In this document: positions 46,135 through 56,050 of the stretch, in pieces | Layout: each line of letters opens with the position of its first letter | How positions within the stretch are numbered: the stretch's first letter is position 1 | Virus record (IMG/VR): IMGVR_UViG_3300046697_000236 | Coordinates: 1-58,275 of that record | From: a virus | Taxonomy: Duplodnaviria > Caudoviricetes | DNA: 58,275 nucleotides | Strand: one strand, 5' to 3' | Program-made: the position numbers and the translations under genes | Notes under the pieces: generated by a model | What the model saw: the letters and a program-made list of their open reading frames with translations, nothing else | What the model was told of the DNA's origin: nothing | The model's database searches: none

Positions 46135-48216
46135 TTATTTTTTATAAATTGCTTGAAATCTTATTGTCCCCGGATAATCGGGAGACTTTATTAATCCATC
46201 ACCTTTTCCCGCTAACGATTCCGCACCCGTCTCGTCTAGTATCACCTTTGAGTCAATTTCCTTGGGAACCTTAAAACAAACCTGAACGGGGAAGTTAACT
46301 TTTGCATCTCCCGTGATTACTTTTACCGAAGCTCTTTGGGTAGCAGCGATTATTCTATATCCGGATGACCGACCTTTCTGTAATAATATCCTAAGATTTT
46401 CTTCAAGAGACTTTTTAACTTCTCTTACTTGCCGTTCATATTTTGGAGATCCATCTCTCTTGGTCCCAACTCTAATATTTTCATAAACATTTAATTCATT
46501 TCCCTTTTTGGAATTAGCAACAGCATCGGCAAATTCATCAAATACAATCAATGTGTTTTGTGTTTTTCCACTCTTGACCAATTCATTCATTTCCTTAACA
46601 AGCATTTCCATGAATTGCTCTATTTCTTCGATGTCATTAAAAACAGAAGCTATATTGGAATAGTATTTGAATTCATGTTTGGGGTCAAATATCACTATGT
46701 GATTAAACCCCGCCAACTTGCAATATTCAATAGTAGATGTCAGGAATACGGATTTACCAGAACCGGTTGAACCACAAACAAGAATATGGGGTGTTGATGG
46801 ATTGTTAATATTCCAGGTAATCTTTTTCCCGAAATTATCTATACCTAAAGGGATCATATCTCCTGTTAAAAAAGAAGGATCGTACTCAAGATCGATATCC
46901 CGAACCTTAGTTGCCTCTACGGCCAGATAAGATTTCCCGTCATGGACAAATAAATCCTTAAGTATTCTTATTGAGGGAACATTTAATGCACACGCAATGT
47001 CTAATTTATATTTCTGTATGCTTCCCAGATTAATACCCGCAGAAGCCTCTAATAAGAAAGTATTACTTGAATAACCATTAAATGTATGAGTTACCTTAAC
47101 AAGAATACCAAGGGTTCTTAATACGTGTTCTATTTTTTCTTCTTTAGTCATATCTTTATTTGTAAGATCATATTGGATAAATTCCGATGCGTTCTCTCTA
47201 AACTTTCTTATTATACTGGGATCAATAACCGCCAAGGTAGAATCTTTTACTTTCTTTAATCTCTTGGTGATCATTTCTTTTTTTGACTCTAGAATATTAA
47301 AGGCTGATATCTCCGCTATCATGGTCTGTGCCCAGAACTCATATATCTCCGCCTTGTCCACAAAGTTGTCATTTTCATTTATCAGATAGACATAATCGGG
47401 ATTAGACACAGCCTCTATCATTCGCTTTAAAGGTTCGTACAACATGGCTTCATAAAGGCGCCTCGTGTCCTTATCAATGGTGATTTTAAAGGGGACTACC
47501 TGAGATGACTTATCTTTATTTGCACTAATCTTATTTTCAATAAACCAAACTTCATTTATCTCCAAACCAGTCTTTGATTCATAAAGATTTACATATGTTA
47601 TCGCTTGCTTGCCGATGGAAAATTTCATTTCTTTTTCATCAGAAAATACAGACTTGGATTTATGATCAATAATAACGATTTTGTCATCTGTGGTTTTTAT
47701 TATCAAATCTATTTGTCCATGACAAGGCAGTGGAATGTCTACGCCATTTATTGTCAACCATTCGTTGCAATAGACCTCAATATCTATTATTTCTTTTATT
47801 TCTGATACATAAACTTGAATCTCTGAAAAGAAGTTGTTTAAAAGTTTTGTTACAGTTTCTGTTGCTTTAATCTTGCATTCATCCACCGAGGGAGTAGTCT
47901 TTTGAATCTTCCAGTCATTAGCACCAATTTCATCAATGTAATTATAAGCAACGGTTTGAAGTGTTGGTAAATCTTCCTTCATTCCATTCTTGAGACTTGC
48001 AAAATAGAATTCAATTGCTGCATGATAGGCGGATCCAGCAACGCTAGAGAATGAACTTTTATAAGGCTGCCTGTAGATATATTGCATTTCGAAAGCCTTT
48101 TCATTTCGGGCAAATGCACTGACTTTCGAAAAACTCCAACTATCCAAAAGATAATTTGAAAATAATTCTTCTAATTGTTCAGGATTGAATTTTTTATATT
48201 TGTTTTCTTGTATCAT
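46135..48216 (-). CDS. PD-(D/E)xK nuclease fused to an FtsK/SpoIIIE ATPase domain
   Basis: GQIDL..IIDHKS nuclease; PHILVCGSTGSGKS, VFDEFAD, AATQRAS and GAESLAGKGDGL FtsK motifs. Confidence 0.85.
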   Translation of the reverse strand: MIQENKYKKFNPEQLEELFSNYLLDSWSFSKVSAFARNEKAFEMQYIYRQPYKSSFSSVAGSAYHAAIEFYFASLKNGMKEDLPTLQTVAYNYIDEIGANDWKIQKTTPSVDECKIKATETVTKLLNNFFSEIQVYVSEIKEIIDIEVYCNEWLTINGVDIPLPCHGQIDLIIKTTDDKIVIIDHKSKSVFSDEKEMKFSIGKQAITYVNLYESKTGLEINEVWFIENKISANKDKSSQVVPFKITIDKDTRRLYEAMLYEPLKRMIEAVSNPDYVYLINENDNFVDKAEIYEFWAQTMIAEISAFNILESKKEMITKRLKKVKDSTLAVIDPSIIRKFRENASEFIQYDLTNKDMTKEEKIEHVLRTLGILVKVTHTFNGYSSNTFLLEASAGINLGSIQKYKLDIACALNVPSIRILKDLFVHDGKSYLAVEATKVRDIDLEYDPSFLTGDMIPLGIDNFGKKITWNINNPSTPHILVCGSTGSGKSVFLTSTIEYCKLAGFNHIVIFDPKHEFKYYSNIASVFNDIEEIEQFMEMLVKEMNELVKSGKTQNTLIVFDEFADAVANSKKGNELNVYENIRVGTKRDGSPKYERQVREVKKSLEENLRILLQKGRSSGYRIIAATQRASVKVITGDAKVNFPVQVCFKVPKEIDSKVILDETGAESLAGKGDGLIKSPDYPGTIRFQAIYKK

Positions 48217-48839
48217 GGCAATTCCGTGATTGAAGTTGTCCCCTTGCTTTTTAAATCAATTTTCTTTTCATCGCCAGTACGCGTGTCGGTTATTATCACT
48301 GCATCTTCTATCTCGTCGGTTGTATGCATACCCATTGTTACCTCAGGACAATAAAGGCGACTAAAGAATGAAGCTGCCCTATATCTCATCATAAGCTCTG
48401 GCATGGTTTTCCATTTTGATCCACTTTTACTAATCCATCCCTCGGCTTCAGCCATCGCCATAGTTACAGCTGGGCCTTCCAGTTTTTCATCATTTTTATC
48501 AATCGTCCATGCTACACATGATCTGTCTTTTCCCAATCCACTCATCGCGTATCTTAGTGGACATTTGAATTTTCCACAATCATTTATGGCTGCTATTAGA
48601 AACGTACTTGACCATGACGGCGTTCCATTGATGATATTTAAGTGCTGCATTACCATTAAGGGACTTGCGCCAATCCTGCCTGCGATATCAAGTGCAATGA
48701 GAGTATTGGGAATATTATTTTTAAATCTCGTTGGGACTAAATCACTCGAAGAAACTGCCTTGGCCATTCGTTGGGCGTTTTCAAAATTCGCTCCGAACAC
48801 ATTATCTACAGTTGCGATATCATTTTTCTTCTCGTTCAT
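48213..48839 (-). CDS. RecT/Bet-like single-strand annealing protein
   Basis: SDLVP, MQHLNIINGTPSW and WKTMPELMMRYRA motifs. Confidence 0.75.
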   Translation of the reverse strand: MNEKKNDIATVDNVFGANFENAQRMAKAVSSSDLVPTRFKNNIPNTLIALDIAGRIGASPLMVMQHLNIINGTPSWSSTFLIAAINDCGKFKCPLRYAMSGLGKDRSCVAWTIDKNDEKLEGPAVTMAMAEAEGWISKSGSKWKTMPELMMRYRAASFFSRLYCPEVTMGMHTTDEIEDAVIITDTRTGDEKKIDLKSKGTTSITELP

Positions 48840-48850
48840 AATATTTGGAT

Positions 48851-49048
48851 TTAAAAGGTTATTAATTGTTTAAATTTTTCAAGTCCATAGGCATTTGATT
48901 TTTTAAGCATCGGCAATAATTCAACTGGGTTAAAACCTGCGGGTATGGAAGTGAGCGACCTCAAATCCAAATCAACTGTTATCTTTTGTTTTCCACAAAA
49001 CTGATCTGTCGAAATACCATGTTTCTTACAAAATTCCGTTTTATTCAT
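48851..49048 (-). CDS. Small protein with a single LDLRSLTSIPAGFNP repeat unit
   Basis: LRR-like unit present once. Confidence 0.45.
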   Translation of the reverse strand: MNKTEFCKKHGISTDQFCGKQKITVDLDLRSLTSIPAGFNPVELLPMLKKSNAYGLEKFKQLITF

Positions 49049-49054
49049 AAAAAA

Positions 49055-49270
49055 TTATTTATTATTTAGTTGTTCCAAATACCATAAATCAAAATCTTTT
49101 GCTGTAAATTCTTCGCCACGATATTGAATATCGATCAAATGGTTGTTTTTAAATATCTTTATTAGATGAGATTCCGTTATGTAACAAATCATAATATGTT
49201 TTGTGAACTTTCTTTTTATAAGCATGCCTGCGTTTATAAAATTGCTTGGATGGGCGGTCAATGTTTGCAT
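49055..49270 (-). CDS. Hypothetical early protein
   Basis: 71-aa ORF. Confidence 0.5.
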   Translation of the reverse strand: MQTLTAHPSNFINAGMLIKRKFTKHIMICYITESHLIKIFKNNHLIDIQYRGEEFTAKDFDLWYLEQLNNK

Positions 49271-49297
49271 AAAATCAAGGTTTAAATTATTGGGATA

Positions 49298-49552
49298 TTA
49301 ATTTGCCAATGATATATTTTTGAGTTTCATTTTTTCAACAGGCGGTTCGATTATAGGATCCGAGAATCCCTTTAGATATTGACTACCGAATGTATAGAAA
49401 ATCTTGTTTCGTATAACGTAATACAAATGTTTCTCTTTTCTCCATTCATTGAGATATGGTTTCTCAAACCTTAGATAAAGATTATTGAAAGTGCTCGTTA
49501 CTAACGTATATCCAAGTTCATTCATTGTCCATATGAGAGTTTTTCGCATCAT
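49298..49552 (-). CDS. Hypothetical early protein
   Basis: 84-aa ORF coupled to the upstream gene. Confidence 0.5.
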   Translation of the reverse strand: MMRKTLIWTMNELGYTLVTSTFNNLYLRFEKPYLNEWRKEKHLYYVIRNKIFYTFGSQYLKGFSDPIIEPPVEKMKLKNISLAN

Positions 49553-49701
49553 GGCCTTTTGTTTTTTATCTGATCGATATAATAAGAGATCATGTGTTCT
49601 GCTTGTTCTGGAACAGATCGATGTTCTGTCTTTGCTATTGCAGAAACCTTCTCGTAAAGCTTCTTGTCATGCGGATTTGATATCCTGATTGTTTTTGCCA
49701 T
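49549..49701 (-). CDS. Arc/Mnt-like ribbon-helix-helix regulator (50 aa; not in ORF track)
   Basis: MAKTIRIS..KLYEKVSAIAKTEHRSVPEQAEHMI; first gene after the early promoter. Confidence 0.65.
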   Translation of the reverse strand: MAKTIRISNPHDKKLYEKVSAIAKTEHRSVPEQAEHMISYYIDQIKNKRP

Positions 49702-49722
49702 AATTCATTTGCGTTATGGCAA

Positions 49723-49775
49723 CAAATGTACAACATCGACATGCCCAAAGTCAAGTAAAATCGTATTTATTTTTT
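49723..49775 (-). promoter_or_regulatory. Early operon promoter
   Basis: TACATTTG -7 box with TTTTACTTGACTTT upstream, the same as the antirepressor promoter. Confidence 0.65.
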
Positions 49776-49800
49776 AGAGAAAATAATAAAGAATTGAAAA

Positions 49801-50556
49801 TTACATACTTGGCCTTCTAATCAATGGCCTTGTTGTATTGAGAAATGAAGATTTAACAGAAGTAATGGCATCCTCCCAGTCTTTTTCGGCAATTACATAG
49901 TCTTGGCCAAGTCCAGTAGTCTTCCACCATTCTTTAAGAACGAATTTCTGCAAGGATAACCATGTGTTATTATCCAATGTGCTTAGAAAGTTTTGATTGA
50001 AGTGCCTTGGCTGTTCGATGATGTATGTGATTTTCCCTGTGCTATTCAACCAATTTGCGTTAACCCAAAAAGCTGAAGCGTTGGGATCACTTGGCGCTGC
50101 CATTGTGTTTTGAATACACATATAAATAATATTGTCAGTAAACATAACGAAAGATCCAAAGACATAGGCATTACCTGGAATATAGTTCGGTACCGGCGCA
50201 ATCTGATCATAAAGAAACGCATATTGTGTCTTATGTGTCAATCCTGTGAGATATTTAAACACTTCATTGGCTGAATCTTTCGACAAAGAATTAAACAAAA
50301 GTTGCTCATTGGTACTCATCGCCAAACGTTCAGTTTGCGATATTCCTTTTTGATCGATGATAAACTTGGTCCTCATGGATGTGCGTTTCCATATCTCATC
50401 TTGTAAGTCAGCTAAAGCATATGATAATATAATAACATCGATTTTCTTTTGATGTTTGATTGTAAAAGGTGTAGGATTTGTTATTTGTATCTGAGTAAAA
50501 TACTCATATAACAGATCGCTTAATTGTGCCTCTAATATGTCGAGTTGATATACCAT
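49801..50556 (-). CDS. Hypothetical virion protein with internal CBM5/12-like segment
   Basis: YIPGNAYVFGSFV..IYMCIQ..FW pattern. Confidence 0.5.
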   Translation of the reverse strand: MVYQLDILEAQLSDLLYEYFTQIQITNPTPFTIKHQKKIDVIILSYALADLQDEIWKRTSMRTKFIIDQKGISQTERLAMSTNEQLLFNSLSKDSANEVFKYLTGLTHKTQYAFLYDQIAPVPNYIPGNAYVFGSFVMFTDNIIYMCIQNTMAAPSDPNASAFWVNANWLNSTGKITYIIEQPRHFNQNFLSTLDNNTWLSLQKFVLKEWWKTTGLGQDYVIAEKDWEDAITSVKSSFLNTTRPLIRRPSM

Positions 50557-50633
50557 TTTATATTTTTTAAAACAACCATGCCTTGACTTTTACGTCAAGA
50601 CATGATTGTAACACAGGGCGCAGAAAAAATAAA

Positions 50634-51467
50634 TTAAATATTCGGGTTAACGATCCATGCTCTCCCGAAGCGTGTCTTATGAGTTCCGGAAGTAGTATAA
50701 TCTATTCTGTAAAATTTGAAATAAGCAAACACAGGAGAAAAAGATTGTTCGTAATCTGCTCTGCTTAATCCAACTTTCTGAATCGTTATCCACTCAGTGC
50801 CATTATTCGATCCTTTTAGGTAAGCAAATCCAGACATAGTCTGGGAGGCCACGGTATCGACAAGATAAAATGCAGTCAATGTTCCATAATAAAGACCAGC
50901 ATTCAACATCGACAGTGTACCAAACGCAGTGTTCTTTATGGTGATGGAATCTTTTGTAGGTTTTGTGTATACTGACAAATAATCACTTTTAAAGAACGGT
51001 CTGTTCTGAATCATATATTCATGAGTGAGTGGTTTTTTGTAACAATAAGCCAACCCATATCTGTTTTTAGCAGATCCGGTTTGAACGATTTTTATCCGAC
51101 TATACAGGGAATAAAAATTCGCTTCGGTAATTATAATAGATGAGTCTTTGGCTTTGATTAAGGCCACGGAGTCACGTGTTATCCAATTCACGCTATCAAT
51201 AGAACTTTGTAAGTAAGCATAACCTGCGAGAGTATTAGCCCCAGAATGTGCGACTGAGTCGATGAGTATCTGAAAGGAGGCCGAACAACTATAGTGCGCC
51301 GTGTAGCATGGGATAATCTTCGTTACCGCATTCACGGTAGTATCCTTGTAGGGTATGCTTTTCGTGTTACCAAGATCCGATTTAGGAAAATAGGTCTTAA
51401 TAGCACCCTGCTGTGCAAATCCTGAAATTGTCAGAATCAAAAATGCAAATTTTATTAATTTTTTCAT
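50634..51467 (-). CDS. Signal-peptide protein with two related beta-domains
   Basis: MKKLIKFAFLILTISGFAQ; AYLQSSIDSVNW and AYLKGSNNGTEW repeats. Confidence 0.6.
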   Translation of the reverse strand: MKKLIKFAFLILTISGFAQQGAIKTYFPKSDLGNTKSIPYKDTTVNAVTKIIPCYTAHYSCSASFQILIDSVAHSGANTLAGYAYLQSSIDSVNWITRDSVALIKAKDSSIIITEANFYSLYSRIKIVQTGSAKNRYGLAYCYKKPLTHEYMIQNRPFFKSDYLSVYTKPTKDSITIKNTAFGTLSMLNAGLYYGTLTAFYLVDTVASQTMSGFAYLKGSNNGTEWITIQKVGLSRADYEQSFSPVFAYFKFYRIDYTTSGTHKTRFGRAWIVNPNI

Positions 51468-51633
51468 GTTGTTTTTGTTTTTTATTATTTCCAAAGTTAA
51501 TTATGTTTTTCTTGTTTTTGCTTCAATTCTCTTAAATATTTTGTAAGTTCCTTCATGCCAGCCTCTGCGCCTTTTAAAAACTCAGGAGATCCTTCCATCT
51601 TTCCTACCAGCATTTCTATAACATCTGTTATTT

Positions 51634-52317
51634 TCATTCAATTACCGCTATTTTATTACCAGAATTATCAACAATAGAGAATGGATTTATTAAATTCCAA
51701 TCATTATCATTAATGGCTACCTGTATTGAGTCCATGCGATAATGGTCCCTGGCTATTGCTCCTCCTTTATTTGCCATCCATTGCTTCCTTGCTGCGACAT
51801 ATTGAGTGACCCATGTTTTTTCATCACCATCTGAATCCGGAGTAAGTTCTGAAAACATATCCCGAACATCCATTCGGATTGATCCGGAATTTATAAAACT
51901 GTCAAATATCACTAACATCGAAAGATTTAGCGTAAAATCATGTCTATTAAACCAATCAAAAGCTGGAACCCAGTAGTGATTATTGAAATATATATTTTGA
52001 CAATCCTGCATCACTATATCACTACCGGAGTTTCGTAATAATTCTATAAATACAGTATCTGCATAAAGAGAAACGACTCCTATTTTATTCAGATAGGGTT
52101 GGAGTTGCTTTGAATATTTTCCACAAGCATTAACATAAGATTGTATGAGTCCTTTTAACGATCCACCCCATTCCGTGCATTGCAATACTCCATAACTCAA
52201 CATGTCGATTCCGTTAGGTCCATCATTATTGAATGATACTTGTCCATAATCAACAATCTTTCCATTCTCGAAAACTTGTACAATCTTATCAATTTTATCT
52301 TTGATCGAATCGTTCAT
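51634..52317 (-). CDS. Endolysin, GH46 chitosanase-like lysozyme fold
   Basis: IVQVFENG, NDG and SYGVLQCTE motifs; adjacent to membrane-protein genes. Confidence 0.7.
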   Translation of the reverse strand: MNDSIKDKIDKIVQVFENGKIVDYGQVSFNNDGPNGIDMLSYGVLQCTEWGGSLKGLIQSYVNACGKYSKQLQPYLNKIGVVSLYADTVFIELLRNSGSDIVMQDCQNIYFNNHYWVPAFDWFNRHDFTLNLSMLVIFDSFINSGSIRMDVRDMFSELTPDSDGDEKTWVTQYVAARKQWMANKGGAIARDHYRMDSIQVAINDNDWNLINPFSIVDNSGNKIAVIE

Positions 52318-52328
52318 TTCTTTATTTT

Positions 52329-52694
52329 TTAATCACAATCTTTATGAGCTAAGAATCGATACATCCATGTTTTTTTCAAACCAAAAGCACCCAGCGCCCT
52401 GGCAATTATTTCAATTAATCCGACCATTGCAATTGCTGTAACCACGCAGATTGGGAGTATGAATTTTATCGCTTCCCAAAATAACAGTATATACGGAGGC
52501 GACATGCTTACCTGATTTATTCTCTCGTAAGATAAGCTAGTGAGATAATTTAATTTTATTACTTCCATTCCATTTACATGCACAACAGCAACAAGCCCTA
52601 GTACCGTTCCAATAAATAAAGATGTATTAATTGCCTTTGCCGAAAGGTTTAATATTTTACAAATCCAATCGCTTATTTTTTTATATGTTTTCAT
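52329..52694 (-). CDS. Membrane protein (lysis cluster)
   Basis: Two hydrophobic segments. Confidence 0.55.
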   Translation of the reverse strand: MKTYKKISDWICKILNLSAKAINTSLFIGTVLGLVAVVHVNGMEVIKLNYLTSLSYERINQVSMSPPYILLFWEAIKFILPICVVTAIAMVGLIEIIARALGAFGLKKTWMYRFLAHKDCD

Positions 52695-53137
52695 TTTTTT
52701 TCTACTCCAATTTTATAATTTATCGTATCCCGTTTTGTGGTATTTTTAAATAAATGAATTTCGTCAATAATTGCCTTTTTCCCAATATTCCAATTGTCAA
52801 CCATAAAGATTATCTGATCTGCCATATCATTTTTTACATTACTTTCTGACCTACTAATCCATATCGGAACGTTCATAATCAAAAAATCTACCGTGCTTTC
52901 TAACTTATTAAAATGTTCTTTGTTCTCATTTCGTGCGCTGTCAATCTTGTGTATCTCTGCTGCTTTCATCTGTATCAGAAAAGATTTTGATCTTGAATGA
53001 AGGTCAATATTCTCACTAAATTTATTTGTAAAATAAATAAAACAACCCGCCAGGACAATTAATGCAGCCAACGGACGGCCTAGATTCTTGCACATCCATT
53101 TCCATGTGCCTTTTGCCGCTTCGATTTCCCAGCTCAT
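52691..53137 (-). CDS. Membrane-anchored protein (lysis cluster)
   Basis: One N-terminal TM segment. Confidence 0.55.
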   Translation of the reverse strand: MSWEIEAAKGTWKWMCKNLGRPLAALIVLAGCFIYFTNKFSENIDLHSRSKSFLIQMKAAEIHKIDSARNENKEHFNKLESTVDFLIMNVPIWISRSESNVKNDMADQIIFMVDNWNIGKKAIIDEIHLFKNTTKRDTINYKIGVEKK

Positions 53138-53385
53138 TTTTTAAACCTTTTTAAAAACTTTTCATCGGTATTGTAGATGCATCCATCGCAGCCCTTTGGC
53201 TTTTTAAATACTCCAATAAACGCCAAAACAATAGATGCAAATAAAAAGACTATGCCAATTATAAAGCTCCATTTTCCTAATGTCGTATCAGCTTTTAATA
53301 CACCAATAAAAAGCATTAATATTGTCGGTATGGTTGTCCATACCGCAAATCTAATATCGTCATATGAGCCGGCTTTATTTGGCAT
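53134..53385 (-). CDS. Small 2-TM protein, holin candidate
   Basis: Two TM segments, basic C-terminus. Confidence 0.5.
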   Translation of the reverse strand: MPNKAGSYDDIRFAVWTTIPTILMLFIGVLKADTTLGKWSFIIGIVFLFASIVLAFIGVFKKPKGCDGCIYNTDEKFLKRFKK

Positions 53386-53390
53386 TATAA

Positions 53391-53687
53391 TTATTTTATA
53401 ACAGGATTTGCACTTGTTATTGTATCTGATTCCTTCTTAAATACTTCGCCGTTTGAATTGGTAAAAAATAAAGTGATTGCTTTGCGCAGTCCTAATACCA
53501 CGGCTCCTGTCAATGCTGCCTTTGCACTTACAAGCGAAAATATAGCACCTCCTGAAAGTATTGGAAGTACATACCCGGCAACTGCACCAATAGCTGCCTC
53601 AACTCCTGCCTTTACATAATCATTCTTTGAGAGTGATTTATAAACGCTAATCGCTTTTGGTTTTAAACTGTTGAAAAATTCTTTCAT
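53391..53687 (-). CDS. Holin-like membrane protein
   Basis: Hydrophobic core and FFTNSNG C-terminal motif. Confidence 0.5.
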   Translation of the reverse strand: MKEFFNSLKPKAISVYKSLSKNDYVKAGVEAAIGAVAGYVLPILSGGAIFSLVSAKAALTGAVVLGLRKAITLFFTNSNGEVFKKESDTITSANPVIK

Positions 53688-53700
53688 ATAATTTAGCACA

Positions 53701-53724
53701 AAGAAACCGCTTCGCCTTTAGGCG
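53701..53724 (+). mobile_element. Orphan IS200/IS605 end fragment
   Basis: ccgcttcgcctttaggc is identical to the IS right-end hairpin at 42067-42083. Confidence 0.55.
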
Positions 53725-53784
53725 ATTTACTTGATTTATTAAAGGTTAATACTTTATTTATCAATATAATCAATTCGCTATCTG

Positions 53785-54651
53785 TTAATATTTGTTTCGT
53801 CCTAAAATACCATTCACTCCATACATTATATTCATAAAAGATTGTCTCATTGAATAATTTACAAAAGACTTACCATACGCAAATCCCATTAATTCGCCAC
53901 CAGCCCATGTGTATGTAGCACTTTCACGCCCACAATCCAGAACATTAGTAGTGGGTGACGATGCGACAACTGTAGAATCGAATGCAGTAGTATTATGATC
54001 TATTGTGCTATACGTAGATGCCTTACGATTAATTATCCATTGTCCGAGTTGTTGTGTATTTGCCTTGCTCCCATAACCACTACCACAAACTTTATAATAA
54101 AGAGTTGTGCCACCATAAATAGGAAATAACTCTACGGCTCTATCAGTTGTTCCATATACACAGCCATTACCGGGTACTGTTTCCTGTGGTAAATAACAAT
54201 AAACAAAAAAGTCATTTTGATAAGTTGCGCTCATTGTCCAATGTGTCTGATAATAACTGGTATAAAGATTAACGCCATACGAAGCGTTATGTATTAGCGT
54301 TACGCCACTACCAGTCAGAAATAAAGAACTATCTGCACGGGTAGGATTCATAAAATTCGTTTGATCAAAAACAGAATCAGTACCAAACATCGGATAAAGA
54401 GCTTTAATTCTTGACCCCGCTATATCTCCAAACACAGCAGTACCAGAGGTTGTCCAATTAAGTTTTTTTAGATTAATTGCCAAATAATTCGCCGCCGTGT
54501 ATTGTGTTGTTGTTGGCGTGTGAAGTGTAGAAATAGCTTTCAAATATTTAGCCGCATCTTTATCCAACGGTACAATCGTAGAGGCATAATATCCCAGTTG
54601 TCCAAAAACAGACGAACAAACAAAAGATAATATCGTTAAATATTTTCTCAT
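53785..54651 (-). CDS. Signal-peptide beta-rich protein (tail region)
   Basis: MRKYLTILSFVCSSVFGQ; IKALYPM and LGRN motifs. Confidence 0.6.
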   Translation of the reverse strand: MRKYLTILSFVCSSVFGQLGYYASTIVPLDKDAAKYLKAISTLHTPTTTQYTAANYLAINLKKLNWTTSGTAVFGDIAGSRIKALYPMFGTDSVFDQTNFMNPTRADSSLFLTGSGVTLIHNASYGVNLYTSYYQTHWTMSATYQNDFFVYCYLPQETVPGNGCVYGTTDRAVELFPIYGGTTLYYKVCGSGYGSKANTQQLGQWIINRKASTYSTIDHNTTAFDSTVVASSPTTNVLDCGRESATYTWAGGELMGFAYGKSFVNYSMRQSFMNIMYGVNGILGRNKY

Positions 54652-55181
54652 TAGAATATAGGGATTATATTAACAACACAATAAACACCATTCCAATGAT
54701 AAGTAACCATTGTATAACCCGTAGGTGGCAAGGTCAAATAAGAACCCGAAGGAATCAAAAACCTGCCCGGTGTTTGACTTGATGTGATAGTCATGTTGTA
54801 AGTGCCCTGTGTGAGATAATATCTTACCTCCGTTCCTCCAGTTATCTTACCCGTGCTTTTTAAAACTACCGTTCTATTTGTTTTTACGGTGTCAGTCAAA
54901 GAAAATTCCTTACTTAACACATTACAATAAACGGTATCATTCGCTAATGCTACGGGTGATTTAGTGGTAAATTCATTAACACCGGAAGCTGTTACGAGCG
55001 CTATAATCTGCGCCATCGTGGTCTTATAACTCGTATCGCCCGTTGCTGTTCCATTGCGTTCTACTGCTACAATAGACGTACTTTTCAGTGCGTTCGCTGG
55101 CATGGAAGGAAGGTTATAATCCGCCTGCCCGAAAGCGATCACGGACAAAATCAGTCCTATAAAAATAAGTGTCTTTTTCAT
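54651..55181 (-). CDS. Signal-peptide protein (tail region)
   Basis: MKKTLIFIGLILSVIAFGQ. Confidence 0.6.
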   Translation of the reverse strand: MKKTLIFIGLILSVIAFGQADYNLPSMPANALKSTSIVAVERNGTATGDTSYKTTMAQIIALVTASGVNEFTTKSPVALANDTVYCNVLSKEFSLTDTVKTNRTVVLKSTGKITGGTEVRYYLTQGTYNMTITSSQTPGRFLIPSGSYLTLPPTGYTMVTYHWNGVYCVVNIIPIF

Positions 55182-55182
55182 A

Positions 55183-55338
55183 TTAGTTTGCTGTTCTTAA
55201 TCTTATTGTTCCATTTGCGTTATGCTGCACCGTGCCGTCTGCGTACAGTGCTGTATTTGTGGGTGGCGGAGTAACTCCATTAAATGCGTAGTTCTGCTGT
55301 CCAACAAATATCCCTATGGCTATTAGTATTCCGTACAT
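55183..55338 (-). CDS. Small protein (51 aa; not in ORF track)
   Basis: MYGILIAIGIFVGQQNYAFNGVTPPP... fills the operon gap. Confidence 0.55.
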   Translation of the reverse strand: MYGILIAIGIFVGQQNYAFNGVTPPPTNTALYADGTVQHNANGTIRLRTAN

Positions 55339-55341
55339 ATA

Positions 55342-55743
55342 CTATCTCCCAATATAAATTCTAGTTACTGTGTTGTTCGCATCATGGAGTATTACCGTAA
55401 CAACTTCTGGATTCCATCCTGGAAGAAATGGCCAACGTACCGTGTCGGTTTGTGAAGGAGTGCTATTAGCCATTACGCATTTTAACCAAATCGTACCAAG
55501 TGAAAGATTTTTTATTCTGAAATGTTCTCCATTGCTGTAACTGACAGAGGCTACGGACACACTATCACAACGCGTAACATCAAAACTTTCTTGCCCTCTA
55601 CGCAGATTATCTCTGTTTTCTATGCTAAATATAGCAAGCATGCGACTAGTTGTGTTCTTTAAGTTCGATGCATTGGGCAAAAAATACAATATTGCCAATA
55701 ATATCATTAATGATAGCCCGATCTTGGATGTTGTTGTTTTCAT
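55342..55743 (-). CDS. Signal-peptide or TM protein
   Basis: Hydrophobic N-terminus; FLPGWNPE motif. Confidence 0.6.
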   Translation of the reverse strand: MKTTTSKIGLSLMILLAILYFLPNASNLKNTTSRMLAIFSIENRDNLRRGQESFDVTRCDSVSVASVSYSNGEHFRIKNLSLGTIWLKCVMANSTPSQTDTVRWPFLPGWNPEVVTVILHDANNTVTRIYIGR

Positions 55744-55814
55744 ATTTTTATTTTATTTCTTGTTTAATTTTATAAACAATTCTTTCATTTCTTTTCCCGG
55801 TTTTGCCGGGCCTA

Positions 55815-56039
55815 TTACTTTGCTGCGGCTCCTGCCTGTGCTGCCTGAATAGCCGGAGTTGCTGTGACTACTATTGCCTTCGAATTAGTTATAATAGCCT
55901 GTATCTCGGCTTCAATTGCCTGCAATACCACAGGGTGCTTGAGTAGCCATTCAACGCCAGCTATGATTCCCTTTTCTGTTTCCGAAAGTACTTTTACTAC
56001 TTCCACTTCTGCCTCTTTTAGATCTTTTAAAATATTCAT
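55815..56039 (-). CDS. Hypothetical protein
   Basis: 74-aa ORF in late operon. Confidence 0.5.
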   Translation of the reverse strand: MNILKDLKEAEVEVVKVLSETEKGIIAGVEWLLKHPVVLQAIEAEIQAIITNSKAIVVTATPAIQAAQAGAAAK

Positions 56040-56050
56040 ATTCGTTATTT

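Noticed and set aside
55183-55338. Suspected frameshifted gene
   Set aside because: On re-reading it is an intact 51-codon ORF
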